A DNA stretch of 64,000 bases from positions 33,428 through 97,427 of the IMG/VR virus record IMGVR_UViG_3300048583_000100. One strand, written 5' to 3'. The notes under the pieces were generated by a model. It saw only the letters and a program-made list of their open reading frames with translations. It made no database searches and had not been told where the DNA came from. The translations under genes and the position numbers were made by a program. Shown here one piece after another: positions 29,841-39,787 of this stretch. The stretch is from a virus. The first letter of the stretch is position 1; each line of letters starts with the position of its first letter.

Positions 29841-30610
29841 TTCTGCTTTAGCTCCATTTGAATGTGAGCAACTTCCTCGGGAGTGTTGAAGGAGAGAGTT
29901 GGGTAATCGGTCTGATACACCGTCACAGGCTGATCAGTGTTGTAGAGATGATGGAACACGTAGAGCATTGAGAGCTCTCCGCCTTGCGTGATGTAGCGAC
30001 CATTCTTCCAGAACGCATTGTGAAGATCATAAAGAGCTTCATGCAGTATGGACTTCTTGAATCGGAATACTGACTGATCATGCAGGCCGCTAGAATGATT
30101 CTCACCATACTTTGAAAAATCGGCAGACATACATTCCATATCTTCGTCAACCAAAAGAGTCACATACGGGTTCGGTTTAAGAACTGCCGGCACTACACCC
30201 GAATGCCAATACATGGGATGCGACAGCAGTTCATCGATGATTTCGGGATTAGAGAAGAACACATCACCCCAAGCAATCACGATGTCATCGCTGACTTCGA
30301 TTTTCTGAGCGTGGGCATCAACAAGTCCCCAAAGAACCGCATGACCATCGCCGAGCCCAGAAGAGATTGGCACGTTATGAACGTTGTTCAGAAGCTCTGG
30401 ATACTTCGCCTTGGTCTCTGCGAAGTATGCTGACCACTGGTCCTGAATGTCTTTGTTAGTGACGATGACAACCTTGTCGAATTTGGAACCAAGCTGTTGA
30501 AGAGTCGTAGTAAGGCAGGGCTCGTCCGTGATTGGTACGAGCGCCTTAGGAACGTTGACCTTCATTCGCGACCCTTTACCAGCCGCGATGATGAAGAGAT
30601 CACTTGCCAT
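29819..30610 (-). CDS. Sugar-1-phosphate nucleotidyltransferase (GlmU/MobA-like fold)
   Basis: IIAAGKGSRMK...PKALV, GLGDGHAV, IAWGDV, SFNTPEE. Confidence 0.85.
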   Translation of the reverse strand: MASDLFIIAAGKGSRMKVNVPKALVPITDEPCLTTTLQQLGSKFDKVVIVTNKDIQDQWSAYFAETKAKYPELLNNVHNVPISSGLGDGHAVLWGLVDAHAQKIEVSDDIVIAWGDVFFSNPEIIDELLSHPMYWHSGVVPAVLKPNPYVTLLVDEDMECMSADFSKYGENHSSGLHDQSVFRFKKSILHEALYDLHNAFWKNGRYITQGGELSMLYVFHHLYNTDQPVTVYQTDYPTLSFNTPEEVAHIQMELKQKWLSQSS

Positions 30611-32507
30611 TGTTGGATGCCTTATGACGTACTGCTACTTGAGTGAAGAATGCCGTGTGGGCTGGGTTCTTTACGTGCAGACACTTGACACCTGGGAGAC
30701 CGCGAACGACGGCATCGTTGCCGACATCGAGCTCATCGCCGACATACGTGATGTTAGCTGGATTCAGGCTCTTCTTGATGTCCACGATAGCGTCTACCTT
30801 CGAAAGATTATGTCGCGCAATCTCGATAGTGGTTCGGCCAGAAGCACGAACAACAATCTCCGGGTCCTTGATGATCGTCTTGACAAGCTCCAATACAATT
30901 CCGCGATACTCCTGATCGATAGGTTTGATCGTGATCATTGCATTACCACGATTCTCAATCTTCGACAGCGGGATGTGGTGCTTACGAAGTGTTTCGATGA
31001 TGCGCTCTGCCTGAGTAGCATCGAAGATGGCAGAAGTGTTTACGCACTCGATGAACTCCTGCTTCTTGTCGTCATCGCTGTTGTGGTCGCGCTCGGTCAT
31101 TGAGGTGTAGCGGTACTTGTTGACACCGCCATCCGCGTAAATCGTGACATAGGCCGGGAGTTCCGCGAAAGTGCTTTCGTCTGTATCGACGAAATTCTTC
31201 AGATTGATGGCCTTGATAGAATTGCCAGTGCAGATTGCGACCTTCGAAACTCGATTCAGCGCGGCAAGGTTTGCCGTGTTGATTGAGGATGCCTTCGGGA
31301 AGATGTTACCGCGGCCAACGAGAGTGTCATCGTAATCGAAGACGAAGCAATCGCTCTCAATGAACTCCCTGAAATACGACTGACCAACGGCAAGCGCGAG
31401 CTTGTACGGGTCATGCGTCTTGGCTACATGGTCGGTTGGAACCGGACCAGACATATCGTAGTAGTCGAACGAGAGTACACGACTATGCGCGTCATCATCG
31501 AGTACCTTCATGATGCCTTCAGCAGCGCTATCAAGCACAAGGCGAATACGATCCTTCGGGAAGTAACGATCAGTCAGAATACGGATGATGTCGGATGCGC
31601 CCTGGCCCGGAGAGTCTTTGTCTGGCTGACGATTCATGACCATGACAATCTGAGCTTGCGAGCTGTCAATTGCTTCCTTGAAGCCACGGGATTCGTAAGT
31701 AGGAATCAACGAGGACCACTGTGTACCGCTAGAAAGAATGATGAGGTCAGCTTCCTTGATGGCAGTGAAAGCTTCACTACAGAGATAAGGATACGCGTCG
31801 TTGCCTTCTGCATCCGTGAAGAAGACATCTACGAATGGGTCAGTCATGCTGCCCCAAGATACGATGTCACCTTCATCTGTGATGCGCTTGCCGCTCTGAG
31901 TAATTGCACCGAGGAAGAGCGAGGTGTCATCGTTCAGAAGAACGTTGTCCTTGATTCCCATGAGCGATGCCATAATCTTTGCGGATGCACGAAGAGAGTT
32001 GCCGTTCGCTGATGCGAAACCGGCATACACAATGTTGGCAATCGAGAAGTCGTTGTAGTCGATCTTCGAAGCGATTGGAGAACGGAAGTATGCGTCGATT
32101 GCTTCACGAACGAACTGAGTAGCAGAGATGCGCTCCAGTGGTTCAGTGCCAAAATGCGGAACACCCTTGAACTGCTGCACCAACTCAGACTCGAGCTTAG
32201 CTACTTCAGCGTAGCAGAAGGCCTTGACAGAATCTGAGGGCTGCGTGAAGCGGACGTTCAGGAATTTCAGCCATGGCGACTTCGGATTCTCAAGCTCAAG
32301 ACGAGTAGTCTGATTCTTGCGAACATCTGAAGGACCGAGAATCTTGCCGTTCATTACCTGTCGGACTGCACCCGTGGACAGTCCATTATCGTACGCATTG
32401 ACGATAACTTTCGTATCGATACCGTCAATCTGCTTGTCTAGCAGATCGTAAAGACCCCGCTGAAGTGCGATCGAACCAGTACCACCAGCCAAAATTACGA
32501 TTTTCAT
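30600..32507 (-). CDS. CofD/YvcK (UPF0052)-like transferase fused to a HAD-IIB phosphomannomutase-like domain
   Basis: ILAGGTGS, YDNGLSTG, GPSDVR, EADLIILSSG, HDPYKLA; C-terminal FDYDDTL, CTGN, IENRG, SGRTTIEI, YVGDE...GND. Confidence 0.82.
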   Translation of the reverse strand: MKIVILAGGTGSIALQRGLYDLLDKQIDGIDTKVIVNAYDNGLSTGAVRQVMNGKILGPSDVRKNQTTRLELENPKSPWLKFLNVRFTQPSDSVKAFCYAEVAKLESELVQQFKGVPHFGTEPLERISATQFVREAIDAYFRSPIASKIDYNDFSIANIVYAGFASANGNSLRASAKIMASLMGIKDNVLLNDDTSLFLGAITQSGKRITDEGDIVSWGSMTDPFVDVFFTDAEGNDAYPYLCSEAFTAIKEADLIILSSGTQWSSLIPTYESRGFKEAIDSSQAQIVMVMNRQPDKDSPGQGASDIIRILTDRYFPKDRIRLVLDSAAEGIMKVLDDDAHSRVLSFDYYDMSGPVPTDHVAKTHDPYKLALAVGQSYFREFIESDCFVFDYDDTLVGRGNIFPKASSINTANLAALNRVSKVAICTGNSIKAINLKNFVDTDESTFAELPAYVTIYADGGVNKYRYTSMTERDHNSDDDKKQEFIECVNTSAIFDATQAERIIETLRKHHIPLSKIENRGNAMITIKPIDQEYRGIVLELVKTIIKDPEIVVRASGRTTIEIARHNLSKVDAIVDIKKSLNPANITYVGDELDVGNDAVVRGLPGVKCLHVKNPAHTAFFTQVAVRHKASNNGK

Positions 32508-32568
32508 GTAGTTCTCCATTCACTCCCGTATTCCGGGCACGCATTATTTACGGGAAAGTCAATCTGAA

Positions 32569-33186
32569 TTAGTTCGAATACGAAATCTCGGCGTGAGAAT
32601 AACTGAAGTTGACCTTGAACTGGCTGGCACCGTTTGGAGCAGCGAAAGCTTCAGGACTGTGAACATCAACAGTGGTACTGTTTACGAGCTCGTAGACCGA
32701 ATAAAGCAGAGGATTGGTTTCCTTCAAATCCTCCAGGTCGCCGCGATTAAGCTTAGGAGTTTTCAGACGAATTCTGATGTCTGGCCCAAAGCCAGCATTG
32801 TACTGCAGCTTTGGAAAATCGATGGATTGCACTTGCGCAGAAATATAGCTTATGCTGCGGAGAACGCCATTGTCACCATCCAGCTGTTCGACGACAATGT
32901 CAAACTTCTGTTCGCCTGGTCGCTGCATAAGGTTCTGCAGAGATTTGCATGCTACATTCGTAACATCATCTTCGAAAATTGCACTTACGTTAAGTACCTG
33001 GCCGAGGTTTCTACGGTAAGTAGTGGTGCTGTCGAAGCTTACAAGCTGTACGCTTAGCCCCTGGCTTTCCGGTACTTCAAGCTTGATGTCTGAATCCACA
33101 AAACGTACGCGAAAACGATTGATGAGATTCGGCATCTTGATACCAGCGCCAATTGCGATGTCTGATGTTGGTGAGAGTGTGGCCAT
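32569..33186 (-). CDS. Possible tail-tube-like (gp19-fold) protein
   Basis: MPNLINRFRVRF, FEDD, IVVEQLDG pattern reminiscent of jumbo-phage tube paralogues. Confidence 0.4.
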   Translation of the reverse strand: MATLSPTSDIAIGAGIKMPNLINRFRVRFVDSDIKLEVPESQGLSVQLVSFDSTTTYRRNLGQVLNVSAIFEDDVTNVACKSLQNLMQRPGEQKFDIVVEQLDGDNGVLRSISYISAQVQSIDFPKLQYNAGFGPDIRIRLKTPKLNRGDLEDLKETNPLLYSVYELVNSTTVDVHSPEAFAAPNGASQFKVNFSYSHAEISYSN

Positions 33187-33188
33187 GA

Positions 33189-34388
33189 TTATCCTTTTAG
33201 GAGATTGACGAAGCTAGTGCAGTAAAGCTTGGCGTCAAAGTTGATTGCTGCTAGCTGCGCTTCGACGATATGCCTGCGCAGTTCGATGTCAGTCTTGAGC
33301 AGCTGAATCTTTTCAGACAGCTCTTGGCGAGTGGAGACGTACAGGAAATCTGCGAGCTGTGGGTCAGCTCCGTATACACGACGAAGCTGATCGAGGTCGA
33401 TGTCGATGAAGGTAACGACGTTAGACCAGATAGACTCGTACGCGCGCTGTGCCATGTCATTGATGTCTTCGTACCACGGGTCACCGATGACACAGTGAGC
33501 CATAGCTTCGTTCATCTTAGGCAGCATCTCGTCGTAACGAACTGCGCCAGTGAAAGTCGGCTCGCGAGTACCAGGCGGAAGACCTGGAGTGCCCTTGAGC
33601 TTGTCGAAGTCTTCGCTGTCGATTTTACCGAACATCTCAACGGAGATATCCGAAGGATGACCGAAGTAGAACTTCACCATCTTTTTGATGCGCTTACCAC
33701 CTCGCATCGTGCCACCATACGAAAGGTCGACCTTAGGAGTCGGGTTGAATGGAAGCTGTTCGTTGAGGCAGGGGAACTTCTCGAATGGGAAGTGGATGAT
33801 GTTCTTCGGCCCGACTTCATTCTTACCGAAGTCAGCAAGCACCTTCTCAACATCATGGGGCTGACTGAGGTACGTGATGTCGGTACGCGTGATGTTGAGC
33901 TGCTTCTCAGTCCACTTGCTGCCCCATTCTTTCTTCTTGACAGAAGGCCACACCTGTTTGAGGGTGAGTTCAGGATCGCAGAAGATGTAGTAAACAGGAC
34001 CATCGAATGCATTGATGATCTGGTAGTTGAGCAATTGTTCAGGGTCTTCGGCACCACCAAAGAAGTTGACATTGCCGTTTAGAACGACGAGAGCATCGTA
34101 CGGGAAGATGGTAGGACCATCAGTCTGAAGCGGCAGATGCGTACCCGGCAGACCACTAAAAGTTGGCCCATGCCAACTCGTGTATCCCTTCTCAAGGATG
34201 TCTGTAAGATTGTGCCACTTGTAATCCTCGACAAGGTTGTCCTTTTTGAGAATCTTCGTGTAGATGTGAACGTCAGCTCCGCCTTCCTTGAGCATCTTGA
34301 TGATCGACCGCGCCTCACCATTACCACCCGACGTATCGTTGGCATTGAAGGAGATGCGGGAGCCTAGCTTGATGACGGCTACTTTCAT
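33189..34388 (-). CDS. bgt: DNA beta-glucosyltransferase homologue (T4 BGT-like, GT-B fold)
   Basis: YDALVVLNGNVNFFGG, DLSYGGTMRGGKR.KKM, PTFTG and VIGDPWY are colinear with T4 BGT motifs (VNSSINFFGG, YGGSFRSGQR, PVFTG, IIGDKNY). Confidence 0.88.
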   Translation of the reverse strand: MKVAVIKLGSRISFNANDTSGGNGEARSIIKMLKEGGADVHIYTKILKKDNLVEDYKWHNLTDILEKGYTSWHGPTFSGLPGTHLPLQTDGPTIFPYDALVVLNGNVNFFGGAEDPEQLLNYQIINAFDGPVYYIFCDPELTLKQVWPSVKKKEWGSKWTEKQLNITRTDITYLSQPHDVEKVLADFGKNEVGPKNIIHFPFEKFPCLNEQLPFNPTPKVDLSYGGTMRGGKRIKKMVKFYFGHPSDISVEMFGKIDSEDFDKLKGTPGLPPGTREPTFTGAVRYDEMLPKMNEAMAHCVIGDPWYEDINDMAQRAYESIWSNVVTFIDIDLDQLRRVYGADPQLADFLYVSTRQELSEKIQLLKTDIELRRHIVEAQLAAINFDAKLYCTSFVNLLKG

Positions 34389-34563
34389 GGTGTGATGTCG
34401 TCCTGCTCTTTTGTCTTGATGTGGTTGTCAGAAGCGAATTCGCGGATGTCTGAATAGTGGTCCATCGAAACACCGAGCTTCGACAGAGCATCCTTGAACG
34501 TGTAAGACGATTGTATCACACGTCGAATCAGTTCGTCATCTTTGATGATGCGCTGAAGGTCAT

Positions 34564-35067
34564 TCATGGGTTGAACAACAGATTGATTGCGTGCATCGCT
34601 TCATCGACAGTCGTGAAGCGGTACCAGATAGCTTCATTCAGCATCGAGTGCTCGTGAATGTTGCCGCCTTCTGATACATCGAAACCCGTCTTCTGATCGA
34701 AGGAGCCTTCCATGATCGCGATGACTGGGATTTTGTGGGTGTAGGCCCAAGCAACTTCCATAACCGTTCCGATACTTACTCGCTTTGCGCCAGTGAGGTT
34801 GACGAGAACGGCATCAGAGGTCATGACGTCGTGGTGATCACGAAGCATGATTGCCTTTGAGGTGGAGAACTGCAGTGTCGGGTAGGAGTCCTTGATCTCA
34901 GGATGGTCCTTGAGATATTCCTTGCCGCGAAGTGGGCTGAAGAACTCGATGTTGCCGAATCGTTCGGGATCGCGAGAGGCATCAAGCTTGACTTGATCGC
35001 GCCAATCTTCACTCTCGTTCCAGCTTGCGCCAGTGATTGGACCAGCCAGATAAACTTTCTTAGTCAT
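34564..35067 (-). CDS. Nucleoside 2-deoxyribosyltransferase / nucleotide N-glycosidase family protein
   Basis: VYLAGPI, FFSP, D...V..SDAVLV, SIGTVMEVAWA. Confidence 0.85.
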   Translation of the reverse strand: MTKKVYLAGPITGASWNESEDWRDQVKLDASRDPERFGNIEFFSPLRGKEYLKDHPEIKDSYPTLQFSTSKAIMLRDHHDVMTSDAVLVNLTGAKRVSIGTVMEVAWAYTHKIPVIAIMEGSFDQKTGFDVSEGGNIHEHSMLNEAIWYRFTTVDEAMHAINLLFNP

Positions 35068-35344
35068 GAGCTTGTTCCTCGTCTTCGTCAACGATTTTGG
35101 GGTTTTCCAGAATCACAAATCGTGCAGCCTTAGGCTCCACATTCTTCATGAACACGCGATCGAACCAGCGCGAGAACGTTCCCGGTACGGCAAGCACAAT
35201 GCTATACCGCTTACTGAATTCTTCTGGGTCAGAGATGATTCCATCCTCATAGGCCTTATGCTGGATAAGCTCCATGATCTGATTTGCCTGCTTCATCATG
35301 CCATCGGCATCGAGCGAGTAATAGTTGTAGCTGACTCCGGACAT
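35060..35344 (-). CDS. Hypothetical protein
   Basis: Packed ORF. Confidence 0.55.
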   Translation of the reverse strand: MSGVSYNYYSLDADGMMKQANQIMELIQHKAYEDGIISDPEEFSKRYSIVLAVPGTFSRWFDRVFMKNVEPKAARFVILENPKIVDEDEEQAHD

Positions 35345-35922
35345 TAGTAGATCGCCTCTTTCAGAATGTCGTCTCTGTGGCGGAAGCCACCAGTCGCTCT
35401 GTCGGTAACGCAGATGATTCGCTTGTCTTTGATGTTGGAGCGAGTAAATGCTTCGATGAAGCGAGCCTGTTCTTCTGCGCGCTTGCTAGCTGGACCGAGG
35501 GATTCACCATCATCAACGAAGTGGCTAGCCGCTTCGAAGTCTTCAGTCAGAAGAATCAGACGGAGATTGCAGTTACGATGAAGGCCTGCAGCAATTTCCT
35601 GCTCATAGACGTAGTCGCCGCTATAGTCACGGTACATTGGCGAATAGACAACCTCGCCAAGATGCCAACGATCGAAGATCACTCGAGCTCCAGAGTTGGC
35701 GAGCAACATCGAGTTGCGAAAGCCCTCTGACTGATAGTGATATGCAGATTGTCTACCATCGGGCACGCCATGAACTGGAGCGGACTTTTCGTAGATGTTC
35801 AGCTTCTGGGGCTTACTGAAGTGAATCACTTCGAAGTAGCCGAGCTGATTCCTGATGCCTTCGATCAGGGTAGACTTGCCGAGTCGATCGAGACCTTCGA
35901 TCGCGAAAACGTTGGGTGTCAT
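35344..35922 (-). CDS. Thymidylate-kinase-like dNMP kinase
   Basis: IEGLDRLGKST, IFDRWHLGE.VY. Confidence 0.85.
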   Translation of the reverse strand: MTPNVFAIEGLDRLGKSTLIEGIRNQLGYFEVIHFSKPQKLNIYEKSAPVHGVPDGRQSAYHYQSEGFRNSMLLANSGARVIFDRWHLGEVVYSPMYRDYSGDYVYEQEIAAGLHRNCNLRLILLTEDFEAASHFVDDGESLGPASKRAEEQARFIEAFTRSNIKDKRIICVTDRATGGFRHRDDILKEAIY

Positions 35923-35978
35923 GGTGTGCCTTCTGTTTCTTTCATTGTAAACTGGTTGCGCTATCATGTAAAGCCCAA

Positions 35979-37718
35979 TCAGAGGAATTTGGTGAAGCGG
36001 GTATTGAATTCATTTTTCCACACGTTGAGCGGGCTGCTCCAAAGCCTTGCTAGATTCTGATCAAGACAGTATGTGACAGCATGATCCGAAGAAGATCTAA
36101 CCGATCTACCTGCGCCTTGCACGGCCTTCATGATAGTGATCGTGTTGTACAGATCAGGATGGTGATCGAGGATGAACTTGATTCGCTTGTCTCCGAGAGA
36201 TGGGAAGGGAGCCTTCACCATAACCTGGAACCGCGACATGTCACCCGGCAAGTCAACACCTTCGAAGATAGATGGTGAGATGAGCAGAGCTGGTCCACCC
36301 TTGTAAGCCTTGAACGCAGTCAAAGTATGCTCAAGCTTCTCGCCTTGGCGTTGTTCGAACAGCTTGTAGCTCTTAGCCCATGATGCCGAAGTAAGCTCAG
36401 CAACGATCTCGTTCTGTAGCTTGAACGACGGCGTGAGCACGATACCGCGTTCACCCTGATCGATGTGGTGTTTGACGATCTTGGCGACGTTCTTACGAAG
36501 CTGCTTGACAACTTCGGGCTGTTGCAATGACTGATAGCCAAGCGACATCGTATCGAAGAATACGATCTCTTTGTTCTCTTTAGGGAACGTTGGATCGAGC
36601 TTGATGAACTTCGTCTTCTCTTTATCGAGTGTCATCGTCTTGGTGATGAACGCTTCCGAGACAGTAGCCGACATGAAGAGGTTGTGCGATGCGGCCTGCA
36701 GAGCTTCGATCATCGTGCCTACGAATACTGGCTTGACGCTGACAGCCTGCTCTTCTTCCTTGTACTCGAACACGTGGGGATAGTCGTACTTGTAGAGGTC
36801 GTCAATCTTGCAGAGCAGCCCTTCGAATTTCTTCGTGAAGCGGGAAAGCTTCGAGTACTGACTCATGTGACCCGAGCGTAGAGCACGGTCAGAAAGAATG
36901 GTACCCTGCTCTTTGGCATACGAGTAGACCGCAACCAGAGCATTGAGGTACGTCTTGTAGTTCTTCTCGTTGATCTTACCGACCTTCGCGCAGTCAGCTG
37001 CAATCGCGCTGATGGTCTTTGCGACTTCAACGTCTGTAAGATGAACGGTTTCTGCGATCTCTTTCTGAATTGCGAGCATGCGCTTCTGTGAGAAGAAGAT
37101 TGCATTGTGCTCGGAGAAAAGATCGTTGATGAGATGGGCTTCGTCCCAGATCAGAAGGTCACGATCTTCGAATTTGCCGGTGTACATGCGATCAATGAAG
37201 AAGTACGAATAGTTTGTCGTGAGATGACGAGTCAGATTCTTCTTGCGCTTTATGTCCAGGAACTCGCACTTGTTGCAGTGCTTAGCCATGATGTCTTCGA
37301 ACTCAGAGCCCGACTGAACCATCGTCCACCAGGCGCACGCATCTGCAGCAACCTCTTCAGATGGAGTTGAGAGAGCAGAACAGCCGTAGTTGCCCGCACC
37401 CTTCAGCATGATGTACTTACCACGGTCACCGAGACCATGGAAGGTGGTGTCGTATTGCTTGGCGAGTACGTTGGTTGCCGTCAGCGAGATGCTGGACTTG
37501 ATAGCTCCATCATGACCGCCTCTAAGAGCAGTCAGCGCTTCTGCTGTGGCAGCTCCGATAATCGACTTACCGGTACCAGTCGAAGCGTTGAGGATGACGT
37601 TGACCATCTTCTCATCAACGAAAGCCAGAAGGATTTGGTTGACCGCATCCATTTGACCTTCACGAGGCTTAAACCCGAGGCGCTTAAAGGCGTCGGCAAT
37701 TTGCTGTTCATACTTCAT
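35979..37718 (-). CDS. DinG/XPD-family SF2 helicase
   Basis: Q motif PREGQ, ASTGTGKS, Cys residues in the Fe-S region, DEAH, SAT, EGVDLPG, QGAGRSVR. Confidence 0.9.
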   Translation of the reverse strand: MKYEQQIADAFKRLGFKPREGQMDAVNQILLAFVDEKMVNVILNASTGTGKSIIGAATAEALTALRGGHDGAIKSSISLTATNVLAKQYDTTFHGLGDRGKYIMLKGAGNYGCSALSTPSEEVAADACAWWTMVQSGSEFEDIMAKHCNKCEFLDIKRKKNLTRHLTTNYSYFFIDRMYTGKFEDRDLLIWDEAHLINDLFSEHNAIFFSQKRMLAIQKEIAETVHLTDVEVAKTISAIAADCAKVGKINEKNYKTYLNALVAVYSYAKEQGTILSDRALRSGHMSQYSKLSRFTKKFEGLLCKIDDLYKYDYPHVFEYKEEEQAVSVKPVFVGTMIEALQAASHNLFMSATVSEAFITKTMTLDKEKTKFIKLDPTFPKENKEIVFFDTMSLGYQSLQQPEVVKQLRKNVAKIVKHHIDQGERGIVLTPSFKLQNEIVAELTSASWAKSYKLFEQRQGEKLEHTLTAFKAYKGGPALLISPSIFEGVDLPGDMSRFQVMVKAPFPSLGDKRIKFILDHHPDLYNTITIMKAVQGAGRSVRSSSDHAVTYCLDQNLARLWSSPLNVWKNEFNTRFTKFL

Positions 37719-37958
37719 TTACTTCTCTTCTTCGAATTTCGTCAGAACGTAAATGTCATACGTGTCTGATTTGGGCGAGCTAGAAACTTCTTTGTCGCGG
37801 GGTGCCTCAGCTGCGCGAACACGATCTCGCAGAACAATCGCTTGCTCCTTGGAGCCGGTGTGCACCTCACTGCCCCATGAATAAACACAGAGCGAATCTG
37901 GGCTAAGAGGCCAAGGTGCGGCGATAACGAAGCTGAAAGTCTTGATGACCCTTTTCAT
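37719..37958 (-). CDS. Hypothetical protein
   Basis: Packed ORF. Confidence 0.5.
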   Translation of the reverse strand: MKRVIKTFSFVIAAPWPLSPDSLCVYSWGSEVHTGSKEQAIVLRDRVRAAEAPRDKEVSSSPKSDTYDIYVLTKFEEEK

Positions 37959-38335
37959 TAGAGGTTTACCTCATCAACAGGAACCATTGGCCCTGGCTCT
38001 CGATCGGCATAGTACTCGAGGTCGTTGACGGCGAATACTTCGGTCGTGTAAGCGGCATCCAGATCACGCGTTTCAACTGCCGTGATAGACGTGGCCATGC
38101 TGCAAGGGAAGCGCTTGTGGCTCGTATCCTGCTTGACGATCGTGCAGTAGGTTGCTTCACCATTTGCCGCACGATCGAGCTTGGAAAGCAAGGCCTTCAC
38201 GTTTCGCTCAGACAGATAAACGATCTGCGCCCGACCTGCGGTCTTACCAGCCATCAGGATAGGAGAGATGATGTTGGTTGGAATCTTTTCCAGGAGCTGA
38301 TTGAGTTCTGCTCGGGTTACGTAGACGTTGTTCAC
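37958..38335 (-). CDS. Hypothetical protein
   Basis: Packed ORF. Confidence 0.55.
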   Translation of the reverse strand: MNNVYVTRAELNQLLEKIPTNIISPILMAGKTAGRAQIVYLSERNVKALLSKLDRAANGEATYCTIVKQDTSHKRFPCSMATSITAVETRDLDAAYTTEVFAVNDLEYYADREPGPMVPVDEVNL

Positions 38336-38393
38336 GACAATTACTCTCCATATGTAGATGCTATCTTATCACGTAACTGAACAGATTGTAACT

Positions 38394-38903
38394 TCAATCA
38401 GGCGCGCAGTGACAAGCGCCACAGGTTTCGTAGCTGGGGGTGCAGCCGTAGAAATCCAGACCTTCGACCAACTTTGTATCACCACAGACCCTGCATTCGC
38501 TGATCTGCTTTTTTCTGAAGCGAGGCATGCTCATATGCCGATCACCATCTCCACCTCGCAGATATTCTAACTGCTCAAGCTCGGCCAGTTCAGATTCCCA
38601 TATGACTCTGACTTCCAAGTCGACATTGTGGGCACCTGGTAGATCGGGATTAGTGCCAGGCTTCACCGTCTCCAGCATATAGTACAGCTGGTATTCACCC
38701 GCGTGTTCCTTGCGCTCTTGAATTTTGTCGGTGATCATCTTCTGCGCCTGGGCTTCAGTCAAAGAAGCTCCCGGCACGTGCGTTGGATATGCCGTCATCA
38801 GCTCGATCACTGCACGATCGAAGGTTCTATCCCCAAGAAAGTTACCATCGTTGGGTACACCATTTGCCAATTGGTACGAGAAGTACTTCTTCATGTCTGT
38901 CAC
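38394..38903 (-). CDS. Hypothetical protein with C-terminal CxxC motifs
   Basis: ECRVC...TCGAC. Confidence 0.55.
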   Translation of the reverse strand: MTDMKKYFSYQLANGVPNDGNFLGDRTFDRAVIELMTAYPTHVPGASLTEAQAQKMITDKIQERKEHAGEYQLYYMLETVKPGTNPDLPGAHNVDLEVRVIWESELAELEQLEYLRGGDGDRHMSMPRFRKKQISECRVCGDTKLVEGLDFYGCTPSYETCGACHCAPD

Positions 38904-39661
38904 GACGTTGCCTTCTTACCGTAGGTAGTTGGATCGACGAGGTTGTAATGGCGCTCGTACACATGGAGTGAGCCAACGTTCCAGTAGAGGTTGCCTGTTG
39001 GCACATTTAGCTCGATTGCAAGCTTGTCAAGTACGTGCTTCTGCCATGCGCGATCGTTCTTGTAGCCGAAGACTGCGTCGTTAGAGCGCATCTGAACCAC
39101 TGCGTGGAGGGCGCCATCACGAATGAGATACTGGACCGCGTTGGTGCACATGAAGTCAGAACGACCATCTACATTGTACTCCATCCACATTGAAGGGCGA
39201 GTGTAGATCATTATTGCTCGACGAGACTCTGGGTTTTTCTTGAGCTCGTTAAGGGTGCGCTCGTATTGACAATCGGTCGGTGAGTAGGGCTGATGATCAG
39301 AAAGGCCTAGATTAGAAAGGCCATTCTCGAAGGAGTAGATGCACCAACCGTAATTCGAGTTGATGAAGCCTTTCGAATCGGCTACGGCCGACCAAATCGC
39401 CGGTGGACCGCCTGGGATGTCGTTGACGTTGCGCGACATCGAGTTGTACCATTCTTCTTCGCGATGAACGTAATCCCAGTTCACCTTACCGAAGATTGAT
39501 TCTTCGTCTGCGATGAAGGACGCACCAATCAGTTCGATGGTGGTGTTGCCAGTGAGAGCAGTCATTGACGCTTCACGGTTGATCGACGTGAACTTCTTGT
39601 TGGCTAGAAGAACTTTGAAGGCTTCACGGATGTCTTTGGTTCTTAGAGGTACTGGGAGCAC
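38900..39661 (-). CDS. dCMP hydroxymethyltransferase (T4 gp42-like)
   Basis: TIELIGASFIADE, INSNYGW, SRRAIMIYTRPSM, SDFMCTNAVQYLIR, MRSND..FGYKND, WNVGSLHVY. Confidence 0.95.
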   Translation of the reverse strand: MLPVPLRTKDIREAFKVLLANKKFTSINREASMTALTGNTTIELIGASFIADEESIFGKVNWDYVHREEEWYNSMSRNVNDIPGGPPAIWSAVADSKGFINSNYGWCIYSFENGLSNLGLSDHQPYSPTDCQYERTLNELKKNPESRRAIMIYTRPSMWMEYNVDGRSDFMCTNAVQYLIRDGALHAVVQMRSNDAVFGYKNDRAWQKHVLDKLAIELNVPTGNLYWNVGSLHVYERHYNLVDPTTYGKKATS

Positions 39662-39727
39662 TGGTATTCCTTATGCGATTGGCTGTCATCATATTTACCG
39701 CTCGGTCAACCTAGTTGGGATCAAAAG

Positions 39728-39752
39728 AAAAGGGACCTGATCAGGTCCCTTT
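39728..39752. terminator. Hairpin terminator
   Basis: AAAAGGGACCTG-AT-CAGGTCCCTTT. Confidence 0.65.
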
Positions 39753-39787
39753 GGAAAGCTTGGCGTGGGATCATCACCGTATAGATG

